Source: an uncultured Bacilli bacterium
GTDB taxonomy: Bacteria; Bacillota_I; Bacilli_A; RF39; UBA660
NCBI GenBank assembly: GCA_934148845.1
Contig: CAKPDH010000001.1
Span: 22,586-86,585, forward strand
Reading direction: 5' to 3'
Length of the DNA stretch: 64,000 bases
Shown: piece after piece, positions 20,805-30,532 of the stretch
Layout of the letters: each line of letters begins with the position of its first letter
How positions within the stretch are numbered: the stretch's first letter is position 1
Notes under the pieces: model-generated
Told to the model about the DNA's origin: nothing
Databases searched by the model: none
The model's input: the letters and a program-made list of their open reading frames with translations, nothing else
Position numbers and translations under genes: made by a program

Positions 20805-21485
20805 ATGAAAAAAATTTTAATAATTGTTTTTATAACATTATGTATATCATTAGGTTTAATATATAACAAAAATATAGATAAAAACACTAATAAAAATAAT
20901 ATAGATAAAGTGGATAGTATAGATAGTATAGATGCTAATGTATTAAATAAACTTTTAAATATAATAAATCTTAATGATAAAGAAGGAATAAATAATTACA
21001 GTAATTATGATTTATTATTATTACTTAAAGATAATAATGGTAAAATATCTGACTTTTCATCAGATATAAAAAGAAAAATAATATTTTTATATGCATATAA
21101 GACTGAATTATTAGGACAATTAGAAGGAGAAGATTATTCTTATTGTAAAAATAATTTAAATTTTTGTTATACAATAAATAAGGCAGATGTGCTCCAAATA
21201 GCTAGTTTATATAATATTGATAATGTTTCTAGCTTATACAGTATAGAAGAAGAATATAATGATAATTATCTATATCAAATTGAAGAAAATAAAGTAATGG
21301 GTAAATATGAATATAAAATAGATTCATATTATGATTCTAATAAAACTGATATAATATTAAATATATCTTTAATAATAAAAGATATAGATGATATTAATAT
21401 AAAAGTGGGAGATTCTTATAAACTTAAATTATTATATAAAATAAAAAATAATGAATATTATTTAGATACCGTAGAAGAAATGTAA
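20805..21485 (+). CDS. Secreted or lipid-anchored hypothetical protein (226 aa)
   Basis: Long ORF with N-terminal signal/anchor (ITLCISLG). No recognisable domain. No clear SD. Confidence 0.45.
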   Translation: MKKILIIVFITLCISLGLIYNKNIDKNTNKNNIDKVDSIDSIDANVLNKLLNIINLNDKEGINNYSNYDLLLLLKDNNGKISDFSSDIKRKIIFLYAYKTELLGQLEGEDYSYCKNNLNFCYTINKADVLQIASLYNIDNVSSLYSIEEEYNDNYLYQIEENKVMGKYEYKIDSYYDSNKTDIILNISLIIKDIDDINIKVGDSYKLKLLYKIKNNEYYLDTVEEM

Positions 21486-21626
21486 GAGATTTAATTTAAT
21501 TGCTTTAAAAATATAATTGTAAAGAATAAAACTTGTCTTAGATAAAAAAATAATATCAATTTAAAACAACTTTCAAAGGAAAATCAAAAGAATTTTCTAG
21601 TAGTTATGTTAAATATAAAATAGCAT

Positions 21627-21655
21627 AAAACAACAACTTTTTTGGTTGTTGTTTT
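21627..21655. terminator. Bidirectional terminator between convergent genes
   Basis: AAAACAACAAC-TTTTTTG-GTTGTTGTTTT. An 11-bp stem flanked by A/T runs on both sides. Confidence 0.7.
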
Positions 21656-21704
21656 GTTAATATAACTTATAATAAAAAGATTGCTAACAAATATTTCAAG
21701 TTTA

Positions 21705-22640
21705 TTATCCCTTTTTGTATTTTATTCCTTGATATGAATTTCTTCTTTTTAATTCTTTATCTATATCATTTAATATAGTTACTTTTTTTATCAACCAGTT
21801 TGGTTCTATTAAATCATCTACTTTAGGATCTCCAGTAATTCTATTAACTACAATATCTTCCCTTAAATATTCTAATTGATCGCATACTATGTTGATATAA
21901 TCATCTCTAGATAAAATATCAAAATGTTCCTTATTATAAAGTTTTTCAAGCTCGGTATCTTTAAGAATCGATAGCATATGTATTTTTATTCCTTGTATAT
22001 CTAAATGACTTAAATATTTAACTGTATCAATCATCATATCCTTAGTTTCATATGGTAATCCATTTATTATATGTACTACTACATTAATGTTTTTTTCTCT
22101 TAATTTTTTTACCATGTTATAAAAACAATCAAGTGTATGACATCTATTTATAAGTTTAGATGTTTTTTCATGTATTGTTTGAAGTCCAAGTTCAATAGTT
22201 AAGTATGTTTTTTTTGATAACTCTTCTAAATAAAGTAAACATTCATCGGTAATTGAATCTGGCCTAGTTGCAATATTTAATCCAACAACATTATCAAGAG
22301 ATAGTATTTTTTCATATTTTTCTTTTAATACGTTTACTTTAGCATATGTATTTGTATTTGCTTGAAAATATCCAATATATTTAGCTTTTGGCCATTTTTT
22401 TAACATCATTTCTTTAACTTTATTAAATTGTGTTACTAAGTCATCTAAGACATTCCCACCATATTCACCACTACCACTTTTAGAACAATAAATACATCCT
22501 TTAGTTCCTACTTTACCATCTTTATTAGGACAAGTAAATCCAGCATTTAGACTTACTTTAAAAACTTTAGAATTAAATTTATGCTTATAAAAATAATCAA
22601 GAGTATAATATCTTTTATTTGAATCACTATATTTAAACAT
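21705..22640 (-). CDS. Radical SAM protein, TIGR01212 (YtqA/YhcC) family
   Basis: FTCPNKDGKVGTKGCIYCS is the characteristic CPN(R/K)DG...GCxYC cluster of this family. Start taken at MFKYSD. Confidence 0.75.
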   Translation of the reverse strand: MFKYSDSNKRYYTLDYFYKHKFNSKVFKVSLNAGFTCPNKDGKVGTKGCIYCSKSGSGEYGGNVLDDLVTQFNKVKEMMLKKWPKAKYIGYFQANTNTYAKVNVLKEKYEKILSLDNVVGLNIATRPDSITDECLLYLEELSKKTYLTIELGLQTIHEKTSKLINRCHTLDCFYNMVKKLREKNINVVVHIINGLPYETKDMMIDTVKYLSHLDIQGIKIHMLSILKDTELEKLYNKEHFDILSRDDYINIVCDQLEYLREDIVVNRITGDPKVDDLIEPNWLIKKVTILNDIDKELKRRNSYQGIKYKKG

Positions 22641-22756
22641 AAAATCACCAAAAATATTATACATTAATTATATAAATTTATAAAGATTTATATATAAATT
22701 TAAATATAGCTTTTTATGTCAGAATTTGTTAAAATAATAGTGGTGGTATAGAAAAT

Positions 22757-24040
22757 ATGAATATCAAAAAAATAGTATTATTTTTGTTTATAATAGTTAT
22801 ATCTCTATGTATTACCAGCTGTAGGGGAAACAATTTAACTAAAGAAGATAAACAAAGTAAAACTACAATATTAACAAGTGATATTGTATCTAAAATAAAT
22901 AAAGAATATATAGACGAAGATTTTATTAATTGGATTATAAAAAATTATAATGTGGATATAAATTATTTTAATGATTATCTAAGCAAAAATGAGTATGATG
23001 ATTTGATTTTTCATAAACTTACAGGATATTCCTTAAGAGTACTAACTGATAATTATAATAATTTATATGAAAATAAGAATAACATAGCATTTATAGATGA
23101 TACAAATGAAATTCTATTTGTTGGAGATGTATCTTTAGCTGATAATTGGTTTATAATGAAAGAATATGATAAAACTAAAAATATTGAGAGTATATTATCA
23201 CGCGATATTATATCAATGATGAATAGTTCATTTACTGTTGTAAATAATGAATTTACTATAAGTAATAGAGGTACAAAAATGCCAAACAAAATGTATACAT
23301 TTAGAGCTTCAAAAGATAGACTTAAACTGTATGAAGAAATGGGAGTTAATTTAGTGACACTAGCTAATAATCATGTATATGATTATGGTATAGATGCATT
23401 TAATGATACGCTTGATTATTTAGAAGAATATAATATTCCTTATATAGGTGCTGGAAGAAATTTAGAAGAAGCAAAAAAAATATATTATTTTATAATTAAC
23501 GGATATAAGGTTGCTTTTGTAAATGCAACACGTGCTGAAAAAAATATATTAACTCCAGGTGCTAGTGATAATAGTGGTGGGGTACTTAGATGTTATGATA
23601 CTACTATATTTAAAGAAGTAATAAAAGAGGCAAAAGAAAATAGTGATTATGTAATAGCTTTAGTTCACTATGGAAAAGAGTCATCCCATAAGTTAGAAGA
23701 TGTTCAAACAAAATCTTCTTATGAATATATAGATTCTGGAGCTGATGTTATAGTAGGAACACATGCACATGTGCTTCAAGGCATAGAATTTTATAAAAAC
23801 AAACCAATAATATATAATTTAGGAAATTTTATGTTTAATTGTGAAAAGGTCGATACTGGAATATTTAAAATAGTATTAAATGATGATGGTACTATGGATT
23901 ATTATTTTATTCCAGCACTTCAAGAAAACAATCATACTAAACTAGTAAGTGGTAGTGATAAAATTCGTATAATTAATGATATGAATGCATTTAGCGTTAA
24001 TGCATATATAGATAAAAATAATAAGATAGGAGAAAAATAA
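22757..24040 (+). CDS. CapA/PGA_cap-family metallophosphoesterase-like lipoprotein
   Basis: Lipobox LCITSC. LANNHVYDYG, LVHYGKE and GTHAHVLQG blocks are typical of CapA-family proteins. Confidence 0.7.
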   Translation: MNIKKIVLFLFIIVISLCITSCRGNNLTKEDKQSKTTILTSDIVSKINKEYIDEDFINWIIKNYNVDINYFNDYLSKNEYDDLIFHKLTGYSLRVLTDNYNNLYENKNNIAFIDDTNEILFVGDVSLADNWFIMKEYDKTKNIESILSRDIISMMNSSFTVVNNEFTISNRGTKMPNKMYTFRASKDRLKLYEEMGVNLVTLANNHVYDYGIDAFNDTLDYLEEYNIPYIGAGRNLEEAKKIYYFIINGYKVAFVNATRAEKNILTPGASDNSGGVLRCYDTTIFKEVIKEAKENSDYVIALVHYGKESSHKLEDVQTKSSYEYIDSGADVIVGTHAHVLQGIEFYKNKPIIYNLGNFMFNCEKVDTGIFKIVLNDDGTMDYYFIPALQENNHTKLVSGSDKIRIINDMNAFSVNAYIDKNNKIGEK

Positions 24041-24041
24041 T

Positions 24042-24419
24042 ATGAAAGCACTCACAATAAAACAGCCTTGGGCCTCTTTAATAATAGAAGGTTATAAGGA
24101 ATATGAATTTAGAAGTTGGAAGACAAATTATAGAGGAAGAATATATATACATGCTGGTCTTGGTATTGATTTAGATATGCTTGAAAGATTTGAATTATAT
24201 AATTTAAAATATCCTTCAGGAATTATAGGTGAAGCAACTCTTGTAGACTGTATTGAAGTTACAGAAGAATTTAATAATGAATTATTAAAGATTAATCCAA
24301 TTGTATATAGAAAAAGTAATTATAAACAAACCTATGCATGGAAACTTATAGATATAAAAAAGTATGATGTTTTGATACCTATTAAAGGAAAGTTAGGACT
24401 TTGGAATTATGATAATTAG
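24042..24419 (+). CDS. ASCH (PUA-like) domain protein
   Basis: MKALTIKQPWASLIIEGYKEYEFRSW is the typical ASCH N-terminal block. 125 aa. Confidence 0.7.
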   Translation: MKALTIKQPWASLIIEGYKEYEFRSWKTNYRGRIYIHAGLGIDLDMLERFELYNLKYPSGIIGEATLVDCIEVTEEFNNELLKINPIVYRKSNYKQTYAWKLIDIKKYDVLIPIKGKLGLWNYDN

Positions 24420-24858
24420 ATATGCAGAAGAAAAAGATATACCTAAATTAAATTATTTATTTGAATCATTGATAAAATATGAAGGTGAAAACTATATAGA
24501 GAATATTAATATGAATGTTAAGATAACTTTTTACTTCAATAGACATTTAAGTTGTAACGACGTTGTTTTAGTAGCTGTTATAAATAATATTATAGTAGGG
24601 TATATACATTCAATTATTGATTATGATAATAAAATAAAATTAAAGTTAGAGGCTAGTATTAATTCACTATATGTTATAAAGTCTTATAGAAATAATAAGA
24701 TAGGAACAAAGTTAGTAAGAGAAATGGAACAAGCTTTAAAATTAAAAAATGTTAAATATATTAATGTTTCAAATATTAAAAGCAATAATATAGCGAGAAC
24801 GTTTTATTATAAATTAGGATATAATGTAATAAACGAAACAAGAATAAAAAAAATATAA
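24409..24858 (+). CDS. GNAT-family N-acetyltransferase
   Basis: YVIKSYRNNKIGTKLV (acetyl-CoA binding Q/RxxGxG/A-like) and C-terminal FYYKLGY. 11-nt overlap with the ASCH gene. Confidence 0.7.
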   Translation: MIIRYAEEKDIPKLNYLFESLIKYEGENYIENINMNVKITFYFNRHLSCNDVVLVAVINNIIVGYIHSIIDYDNKIKLKLEASINSLYVIKSYRNNKIGTKLVREMEQALKLKNVKYINVSNIKSNNIARTFYYKLGYNVINETRIKKI

Positions 24859-24868
24859 GGGTGATAAT

Positions 24869-25567
24869 GTGTCTAATAAAGTAAGAAAAGCAATAGTTAT
24901 AAGTTTATACATAATATCTATTATAATACTTATATTTTGTATTAAAGTAAGACTTACACCAAATATATATCTTGATACACAAGTAAGGTTAATATTACTT
25001 TTTATCTTTTGTATACTTGTTTATACAAATGGATATATATTAGTATATAAACTTAATTATAGTAAAAAAATACTAAAATATAATTTAATTTTATATTTTC
25101 TTATATATATTATAACAATATGTACTTTAACCCTTTTTGATGAAATATATGGAAGAAATGGTTTGTCTGTTGTTATGTGGAATAAAGATACATTTAAGTA
25201 TTATATGAAATATTCTTTTAATATTGTTCCATTTAAAACAATTAAACTATTTACAAATGGATATATAAATGGATACGTAAGTTTAAAAAATTTTTCTATA
25301 AATATAATAGGTAATTTATGCGCTTTTATGCCATTTGGCATGTTTTTACCTTTAATATTTAAAAATATTAATAAATATTATAAATTTTTTATAGTAATGT
25401 GTTTTATAGTTTTGTGTATAGAAATATTACAGTTTATAACTATGTCTGGATCTTGTGATATAGATGATTTAATATTGAATGTATTTGGCGCAAGTATTAT
25501 ATATTTTATTTGTAAAATAAAATGTATAAATAAATTAATTAGGAAAGTGTTTTTATATGAAGAATAA
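24869..25567 (+). CDS. VanZ-like family membrane protein
   Basis: Multi-TM protein. NIIGNLCAFMPFG and GSCDIDDLILNVFGA motifs are typical of VanZ. Confidence 0.7.
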   Translation: MSNKVRKAIVISLYIISIIILIFCIKVRLTPNIYLDTQVRLILLFIFCILVYTNGYILVYKLNYSKKILKYNLILYFLIYIITICTLTLFDEIYGRNGLSVVMWNKDTFKYYMKYSFNIVPFKTIKLFTNGYINGYVSLKNFSINIIGNLCAFMPFGMFLPLIFKNINKYYKFFIVMCFIVLCIEILQFITMSGSCDIDDLILNVFGASIIYFICKIKCINKLIRKVFLYEE

Positions 25568-26156
25568 AAAATTATATTTAATTATATTTTTAGGTATCAT
25601 TTTTTCTATTATATCTTTTTTAGTTCTTAATAAAAAAGATATGTATATAGATAATTATATATATCAAATTATATCAGGTTGTAAATGTGATACATTAACT
25701 TATATAATTAAATTTATTACATATTTAGGTAGTGCTGTAGTAGTAATAAGTATAAATTTATTAATTTTAATTGTATTAAAGAATAAAAAATATGGTTTGT
25801 TTTTAGCTCTCGATTTAATATGTATAACAATATTTCAACTTGTTTTAAAAAATATATTTTGTAGAACTAGACCTGTTGGTATAGGTTTAATAGAGGAAGA
25901 TGGATATAGTTTTCCATCAGGACATACCTTGACTTCAGTATCTTTTTATGGACTTTTAATATATTATATATATAATTCAAATATAAATAAAAAATATAAA
26001 AAAATTTTAATTACATTATTAGTATCAACAATATTTTTAGTTGGCTTTAGTCGTATATATTTGGGTGTACATTATTTTACTGATGTTATTGGGGCTATTA
26101 GTTTTTCAATTATATATATAACTATATACATAAATATAATAAAAAAGTATATTTAA
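25557..26156 (+). CDS. PAP2-family phosphatase (BcrC/undecaprenyl-diphosphatase-like)
   Basis: Tripartite acid phosphatase motif: K..RTRP, PSGH, SRIYLGVHYFTDV. Confidence 0.8.
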   Translation: MKNKKLYLIIFLGIIFSIISFLVLNKKDMYIDNYIYQIISGCKCDTLTYIIKFITYLGSAVVVISINLLILIVLKNKKYGLFLALDLICITIFQLVLKNIFCRTRPVGIGLIEEDGYSFPSGHTLTSVSFYGLLIYYIYNSNINKKYKKILITLLVSTIFLVGFSRIYLGVHYFTDVIGAISFSIIYITIYINIIKKYI

Positions 26157-26255
26157 ATATATATGCATTTTTTAAAAAAGTGTATAATTAGTATAGATAG
26201 TAGGTGATGTGTAGGATAATAAATTTTAATATATTAAATAATGTAAGGAGGAAAT

Positions 26256-27842
26256 ATGGAAGAAAAAAAGAATAATAAAAAAATAAATAAAGTTTTAGTA
26301 ACAGTTATATTAATTTTATTATTAGCTATTATAGCTTTTAGCGTATATTTATATTTAAATAATAAAAAAGATACAAAAGTAGTTGATTGTAATAAAGAAA
26401 AGTATAAATCTGAATATAAAATGAGTGGTAATGGACTTGAAAATTTTGATTTATATTTCTTAAAACTAGAGAATAATAATAAAAATATGATATATAGTCC
26501 ATTATCAATTAAGTATGCATTATCAATGTTAAATGAAGGTGCAGCTTCAGATACAAAATTAGAGTTATCAAGTATATTGGGTAATTATAAAGGCAATAAA
26601 TATATAAATAATGCTAACATGTCTTTTGCAAATGCATTATTTGTTAGAGATACATTTAAGGAATCAATAAACAAAGAGTATATAGATAAAATAATGAGTA
26701 AATATAATGCAGAGGTTATATACGATTCATTTGCAAATGCTGATAATATAAATAATTGGATAAAAGAAAAGACTTTAAATTTAATACCTTCACTTATGGA
26801 TAATTCTATTGAAAAATTGAATTTTGCTCTTATAAATGCTCTTGGAATAAATATGGAATGGAATGAAAAATTTTTTGAAGAATACCGTAATTCTTTCTTA
26901 TATGGATATGTGTATGAAAACGCTTCAGTATATTCTATGGATGAAGTTTTAGCAAAAGAATTTGAAAATATAGCTTATGATATAGCAGGGCTTGAAGTTG
27001 CGGCAATATTTAATAATTATGATATAGTAAATGAATTAGGTGAAGATAAAATAAGAGCAACTGTTGGTGCAAAATTTAGAGAATATCTAAATGATCCAGA
27101 AACTGATGAGTTCTTTTTAAATGAATATTTAAATGGTGATAAAAGTGAAGAAAATATTAATAAAGTTATAAATGACTATTTAGATAAATATATAAATGAT
27201 ATTAATAAAAATTACAAGACTATGGGAAAATCTACTGACTTTTCTATATATGTAGATGATTCTGTAAAAGTATTTGCTAAAGATTTAAAGGAATATAACG
27301 GTACTAAATTACAATATATAGGTATTATGCCTAGAACTGAAAGTCTAAATTCATACATAAAAAATATAGATAAAGAAAATTTAGAAAAATTAGTTAGTAA
27401 TTTAAAAGAATTAAAAAATGAAAGTTTTAAAGATAAAGTAGTTACAAAAATTACAGGATACATACCAAGATTTAAATTTGAATATGATTTAAATTTAATG
27501 GAAGATTTAAAATCACTAGGTGTTAAAAGTGTATTTGATTCATCTAAGGCTAATTTAAGCGGTATTGGCAAAACTGGAATTTTTATAAATGATGTTAAAC
27601 ATAAATCAAATATAGAATTTACACAAGATGGAATAAAGGCATCAGCAGCTACAATTGTAGGAGGAAACGGATCAGCATCAGGATTATTTTATTATAGTTT
27701 TGATGTACCAATAGAAGAAATTGATATTACTTTTGATAGACCATATATGTTTATGATAAGAAATAAAAATACAGGTGAAATATGGTTTATGGGAAGCGTA
27801 TATGAACCACTTAAATGGACAAGTGATTTAGCAAATCATTAA
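26256..27842 (+). CDS. Serpin-family protease inhibitor with N-terminal membrane anchor
   Basis: SPLSIKYALSML near the N-terminus of the fold. Hinge-like DGIKASAAT. C-terminal FDRPYMFMIRNKNTGEIWFMGSVYEP serpin signature. TM helix at aa 13-33. Strong RBS AAGGAGG. Confidence 0.85.
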   Translation: MEEKKNNKKINKVLVTVILILLLAIIAFSVYLYLNNKKDTKVVDCNKEKYKSEYKMSGNGLENFDLYFLKLENNNKNMIYSPLSIKYALSMLNEGAASDTKLELSSILGNYKGNKYINNANMSFANALFVRDTFKESINKEYIDKIMSKYNAEVIYDSFANADNINNWIKEKTLNLIPSLMDNSIEKLNFALINALGINMEWNEKFFEEYRNSFLYGYVYENASVYSMDEVLAKEFENIAYDIAGLEVAAIFNNYDIVNELGEDKIRATVGAKFREYLNDPETDEFFLNEYLNGDKSEENINKVINDYLDKYINDINKNYKTMGKSTDFSIYVDDSVKVFAKDLKEYNGTKLQYIGIMPRTESLNSYIKNIDKENLEKLVSNLKELKNESFKDKVVTKITGYIPRFKFEYDLNLMEDLKSLGVKSVFDSSKANLSGIGKTGIFINDVKHKSNIEFTQDGIKASAATIVGGNGSASGLFYYSFDVPIEEIDITFDRPYMFMIRNKNTGEIWFMGSVYEPLKWTSDLANH

Positions 27843-27866
27843 AAAGTACAAAAAATGTACTTTTTT
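27841..27866 (+). terminator. Rho-independent terminator after serpin gene
   Basis: AAAAGTACA-AAAAA-TGTACTTTT followed by a T run. Confidence 0.65.
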
Positions 27867-27967
27867 TGTTATAATATTATTTGCAACCAAAATTCAACAA
27901 AAAACAACTAAAAATTGGTAGCTCGCAACCAGTTTATTTGGTTATAATTTGTTTGAAAGGAGAATTT

Positions 27968-29326
27968 ATGAACTTATCTGAAAATTTAAAAAAAATAAGA
28001 AAAGATAACAATTTATCACAAGAACAACTTGCAGAAAAATTAGGAGTATCAAGGCAATCTGTATCAAAATGGGAATCTAATTTAGCATATCCAGAAATGG
28101 ACAAAGTTTTACAACTTTGTAAAATATTTAATTTAAAAATAGATGAATTATTAAATCAAGATATAAAAGAAGTAAAAAGCAAAAAAGAAAAAAAGAATAA
28201 GATTAATATATATATGGATGACTTTTTATTGTTTATAACAAAAACACTTGATATGTTTACTAGTATGAAATTTAAGGAAAAAATAAAATGTATATTTGAA
28301 CAACTTCTAATAATAATTATTTTATTTCTACTATTTTTATTTATAGGTGTTATTGGAAATATATTTGTACAAAGAGTTATAGGTATATTACCTTTTTATT
28401 CATATCATATATATTCTTTAATAGATATGCTTTATAGTATATTTGCTTTAATATTTGGTGGTGTTATATTTGTACATATATTTAAAACTAGATATTTAGA
28501 TTATTATGTTATTATAAAGGATTCTAAAAATAGTATAGATGAAAATAAAACTTTAGATGAAAGTAAAAAAATAATTAATAAAAGCGAGGAAAAAATTATA
28601 ATAAGAGATCCTAACGATTCTAGTTATGGCTTTATAAAAGGATTACTTAAATGTGTATATGTATTAGTAAAGGTTTTTGTATTTTTAGTAGCACTGTTTT
28701 TTATATTTACTTTAATATTCTTATTAATTATGTTTGTTATGTCGTTTTTAATTATTAAATCAGGACTTACTTTTATAGGAATTATTATGGCTTTAATATC
28801 TTGTATAACTATTAATTTAATAATATTATATGTAATATATAATTTTATCTTTGATCATGTAATAACAAATAAAAATAAAATTGCTTTAATATTTATATCT
28901 TGTGTATTAATAATTGGTCTAGGCTTAGGTTTTATAATTACTAGTATTAAAGATTTTAATTTTGTAAGTGATGTAGATTCTAAATATTATATATCTGATA
29001 TAAATCACATTGATATGAATGATAATTTAATTATATATAATGAAGTTACATATATGGAAAAAAATATTAAAGATATAGAAATAGTATCAAGGCATTCTAA
29101 GTATTATAATTTAAATATTATAACTGATAGAAATTATGTTAATTTAATTTTAGATAGTAATTTTAATTTTTTAAGTAGCCTTAATGATTTTATAAATAAT
29201 TTAAATGATAAAAAAGTAGTTGATTATGGTATTTCAAAAATATATGTATATGCAAGAGCTGAAAATATAGAAAAGTTAAAGAAAAACAGAGATAATTATT
29301 TAAAGCAAAATAGTTATAATTTTTAA
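27968..29326 (+). CDS. XRE-family HTH protein fused to a multi-pass membrane domain
   Basis: LKKIRKDNNLSQEQLAEKLGVSRQSVSKWESNLAYPEMDKVLQLCKIF is a canonical Cro/C1 HTH, followed by at least 6 predicted TM helices and a C-terminal extracytoplasmic region. ATG 27968 after AAGGAGAA. Confidence 0.75.
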   Translation: MNLSENLKKIRKDNNLSQEQLAEKLGVSRQSVSKWESNLAYPEMDKVLQLCKIFNLKIDELLNQDIKEVKSKKEKKNKINIYMDDFLLFITKTLDMFTSMKFKEKIKCIFEQLLIIIILFLLFLFIGVIGNIFVQRVIGILPFYSYHIYSLIDMLYSIFALIFGGVIFVHIFKTRYLDYYVIIKDSKNSIDENKTLDESKKIINKSEEKIIIRDPNDSSYGFIKGLLKCVYVLVKVFVFLVALFFIFTLIFLLIMFVMSFLIIKSGLTFIGIIMALISCITINLIILYVIYNFIFDHVITNKNKIALIFISCVLIIGLGLGFIITSIKDFNFVSDVDSKYYISDINHIDMNDNLIIYNEVTYMEKNIKDIEIVSRHSKYYNLNIITDRNYVNLILDSNFNFLSSLNDFINNLNDKKVVDYGISKIYVYARAENIEKLKKNRDNYLKQNSYNF

Positions 29327-29330
29327 AAAG

Positions 29331-29353
29331 AAGTAATTAATATTACTTTTTTT
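29331..29353 (+). terminator. Weak AT-rich hairpin plus T-run after XRE-TM gene
   Basis: AAGTAAT-TAAT-ATTACTT followed by T5. Confidence 0.4.
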
Positions 29354-29409
29354 GTTTCTTTATAATTTTCATAAAATAATATTATTAATATTATATAGTG
29401 GAGGTAGAT

Positions 29410-29649
29410 ATGATAGAAAAATTAAAGTCTAGAAAATTTTGGGTAGCACTTCTTACTAACATAATATCAATAACTGTAGTATTTAAACAATATGGAGGAA
29501 CAGTTGGAATAATATCTGGAATAATAGGTACAGTTGCATCATCAGTTTGTTATATGATTGCTGAATGTAAGGTTGATGTGGCGCGTGCGAATGCAACTTA
29601 TCTTGAAGTCTCTAAACTCATACAGGAGTTAAAGAAAGGAGATAAATAG
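29410..29649 (+). CDS. Putative phage-type holin (79 aa, two TM, charged C-terminal tail)
   Basis: N-terminal KLKSRKFWVALL, as in Firmicute phage holins. Two hydrophobic helices. Lys/Glu-rich tail. RBS GGAGG. The stop abuts the ATG of the lysin (TAGATG). Confidence 0.55.
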   Translation: MIEKLKSRKFWVALLTNIISITVVFKQYGGTVGIISGIIGTVASSVCYMIAECKVDVARANATYLEVSKLIQELKKGDK

Positions 29650-30531
29650 ATGGAAAAGGCAGTATTATTAATGGATTATCTAAATGTAACTCAAAGAGGA
29701 GATAATAATTTTTCACATAAAGGTGATAAATCAATAGATCTAGCAGGAAAAGATTCAGGCATTGATAGTTTAAGAGCTCCATTTACAGGCACAATAAAAA
29801 AAATATCAGTTGATAATACAGTTTGGCTTGAAAGTAATGATGTAGTACTTTATGCAGATGGAACTAAAGATTATATGACTATTATGACAATTCATGATAA
29901 TAATATAAGTGATTTATATGTAGGAAAAGTAATAAGGCAAGGTGAAGTTTATTATAGTGAAGGTAGCACGGGATATGCAACAGGTAATCATATACATTTA
30001 TCAGTAGGAAAAGGTAAATTTACTGGTTCAGGGTGGCATAAAAATGCATATGGAACTTATATAATTAATAATCAGTATGAAGTATATAAAGCACTTTTTA
30101 TTTTAAACACAATGATTATAAAAAATAATGGGGGATATAATTTTAAAATTACTAAAGATTTAAAAGAAACTACTACTGATACTACTAATAATAATATTTA
30201 TACAGTAGTAAAAGGAGATAATTTAACTAAAATAGCTAAAAAATTTAATACATCAGTATCTGAAATAGTACAATTAAATAATATAAGAAATAAAAATCTT
30301 ATATATGTAGGTCAAAAGTTAAAAATAAAAGAAAACATTACATACTTTAAAAAATATACTGGTAGTTCTGTATCAATAGTAGATGCCTTAAAGTCTATTA
30401 ATGAAAAGTATACATTTGAATACAGAGAAAAAATAGCAAATAAAAATAATATAAATAATTATGTTGGAACGTCTACTCAAAATAAATTAATATTAAATTT
30501 ACTAAAAAAAGGTTCATTAATTAAACCTTAA
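29650..30531 (+). CDS. Endolysin-like M23 peptidase with LysM and C-terminal wall-binding-like module; no signal peptide
   Basis: [12 protein letters not shown] (HxxxD-type) and GNHIHLSVG (HxH) M23 motifs. LysM: [43 protein letters not shown]. The C-terminal IVDALKSIN...[20 protein letters not shown] repeat type is seen in phage lysins. Confidence 0.7.
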   Translation: MEKAVLLMDYLNVTQRGDNNFSHKGDKSIDLAGKDSGIDSLRAPFTGTIKKISVDNTVWLESNDVVLYADGTKDYMTIMTIHDNNISDLYVGKVIRQGEVYYSEGSTGYATGNHIHLSVGKGKFTGSGWHKNAYGTYIINNQYEVYKALFILNTMIIKNNGGYNFKITKDLKETTTDTTNNNIYTVVKGDNLTKIAKKFNTSVSEIVQLNNIRNKNLIYVGQKLKIKENITYFKKYTGSSVSIVDALKSINEKYTFEYREKIANKNNINNYVGTSTQNKLILNLLKKGSLIKP

Positions 30532-30532
30532 A

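Noticed and set aside
20913-20930. Tandem 9-bp repeat GATAGTATA x2 (encoding SIDSID) in the hypothetical gene.
   Set aside because: There are only two copies and they sit inside a low-complexity Asn/Asp/Ile-rich region. Not a meaningful repeat array.
27968-30531. Interpretation of XRE/holin/lysin as part of an intact prophage.
   Set aside because: There are no integrase, structural, terminase or replication genes and no flanking direct repeats within several kb. The neighbours are a serpin gene and a TetR/MMPL module. I treat it as an orphan cassette or remnant instead.
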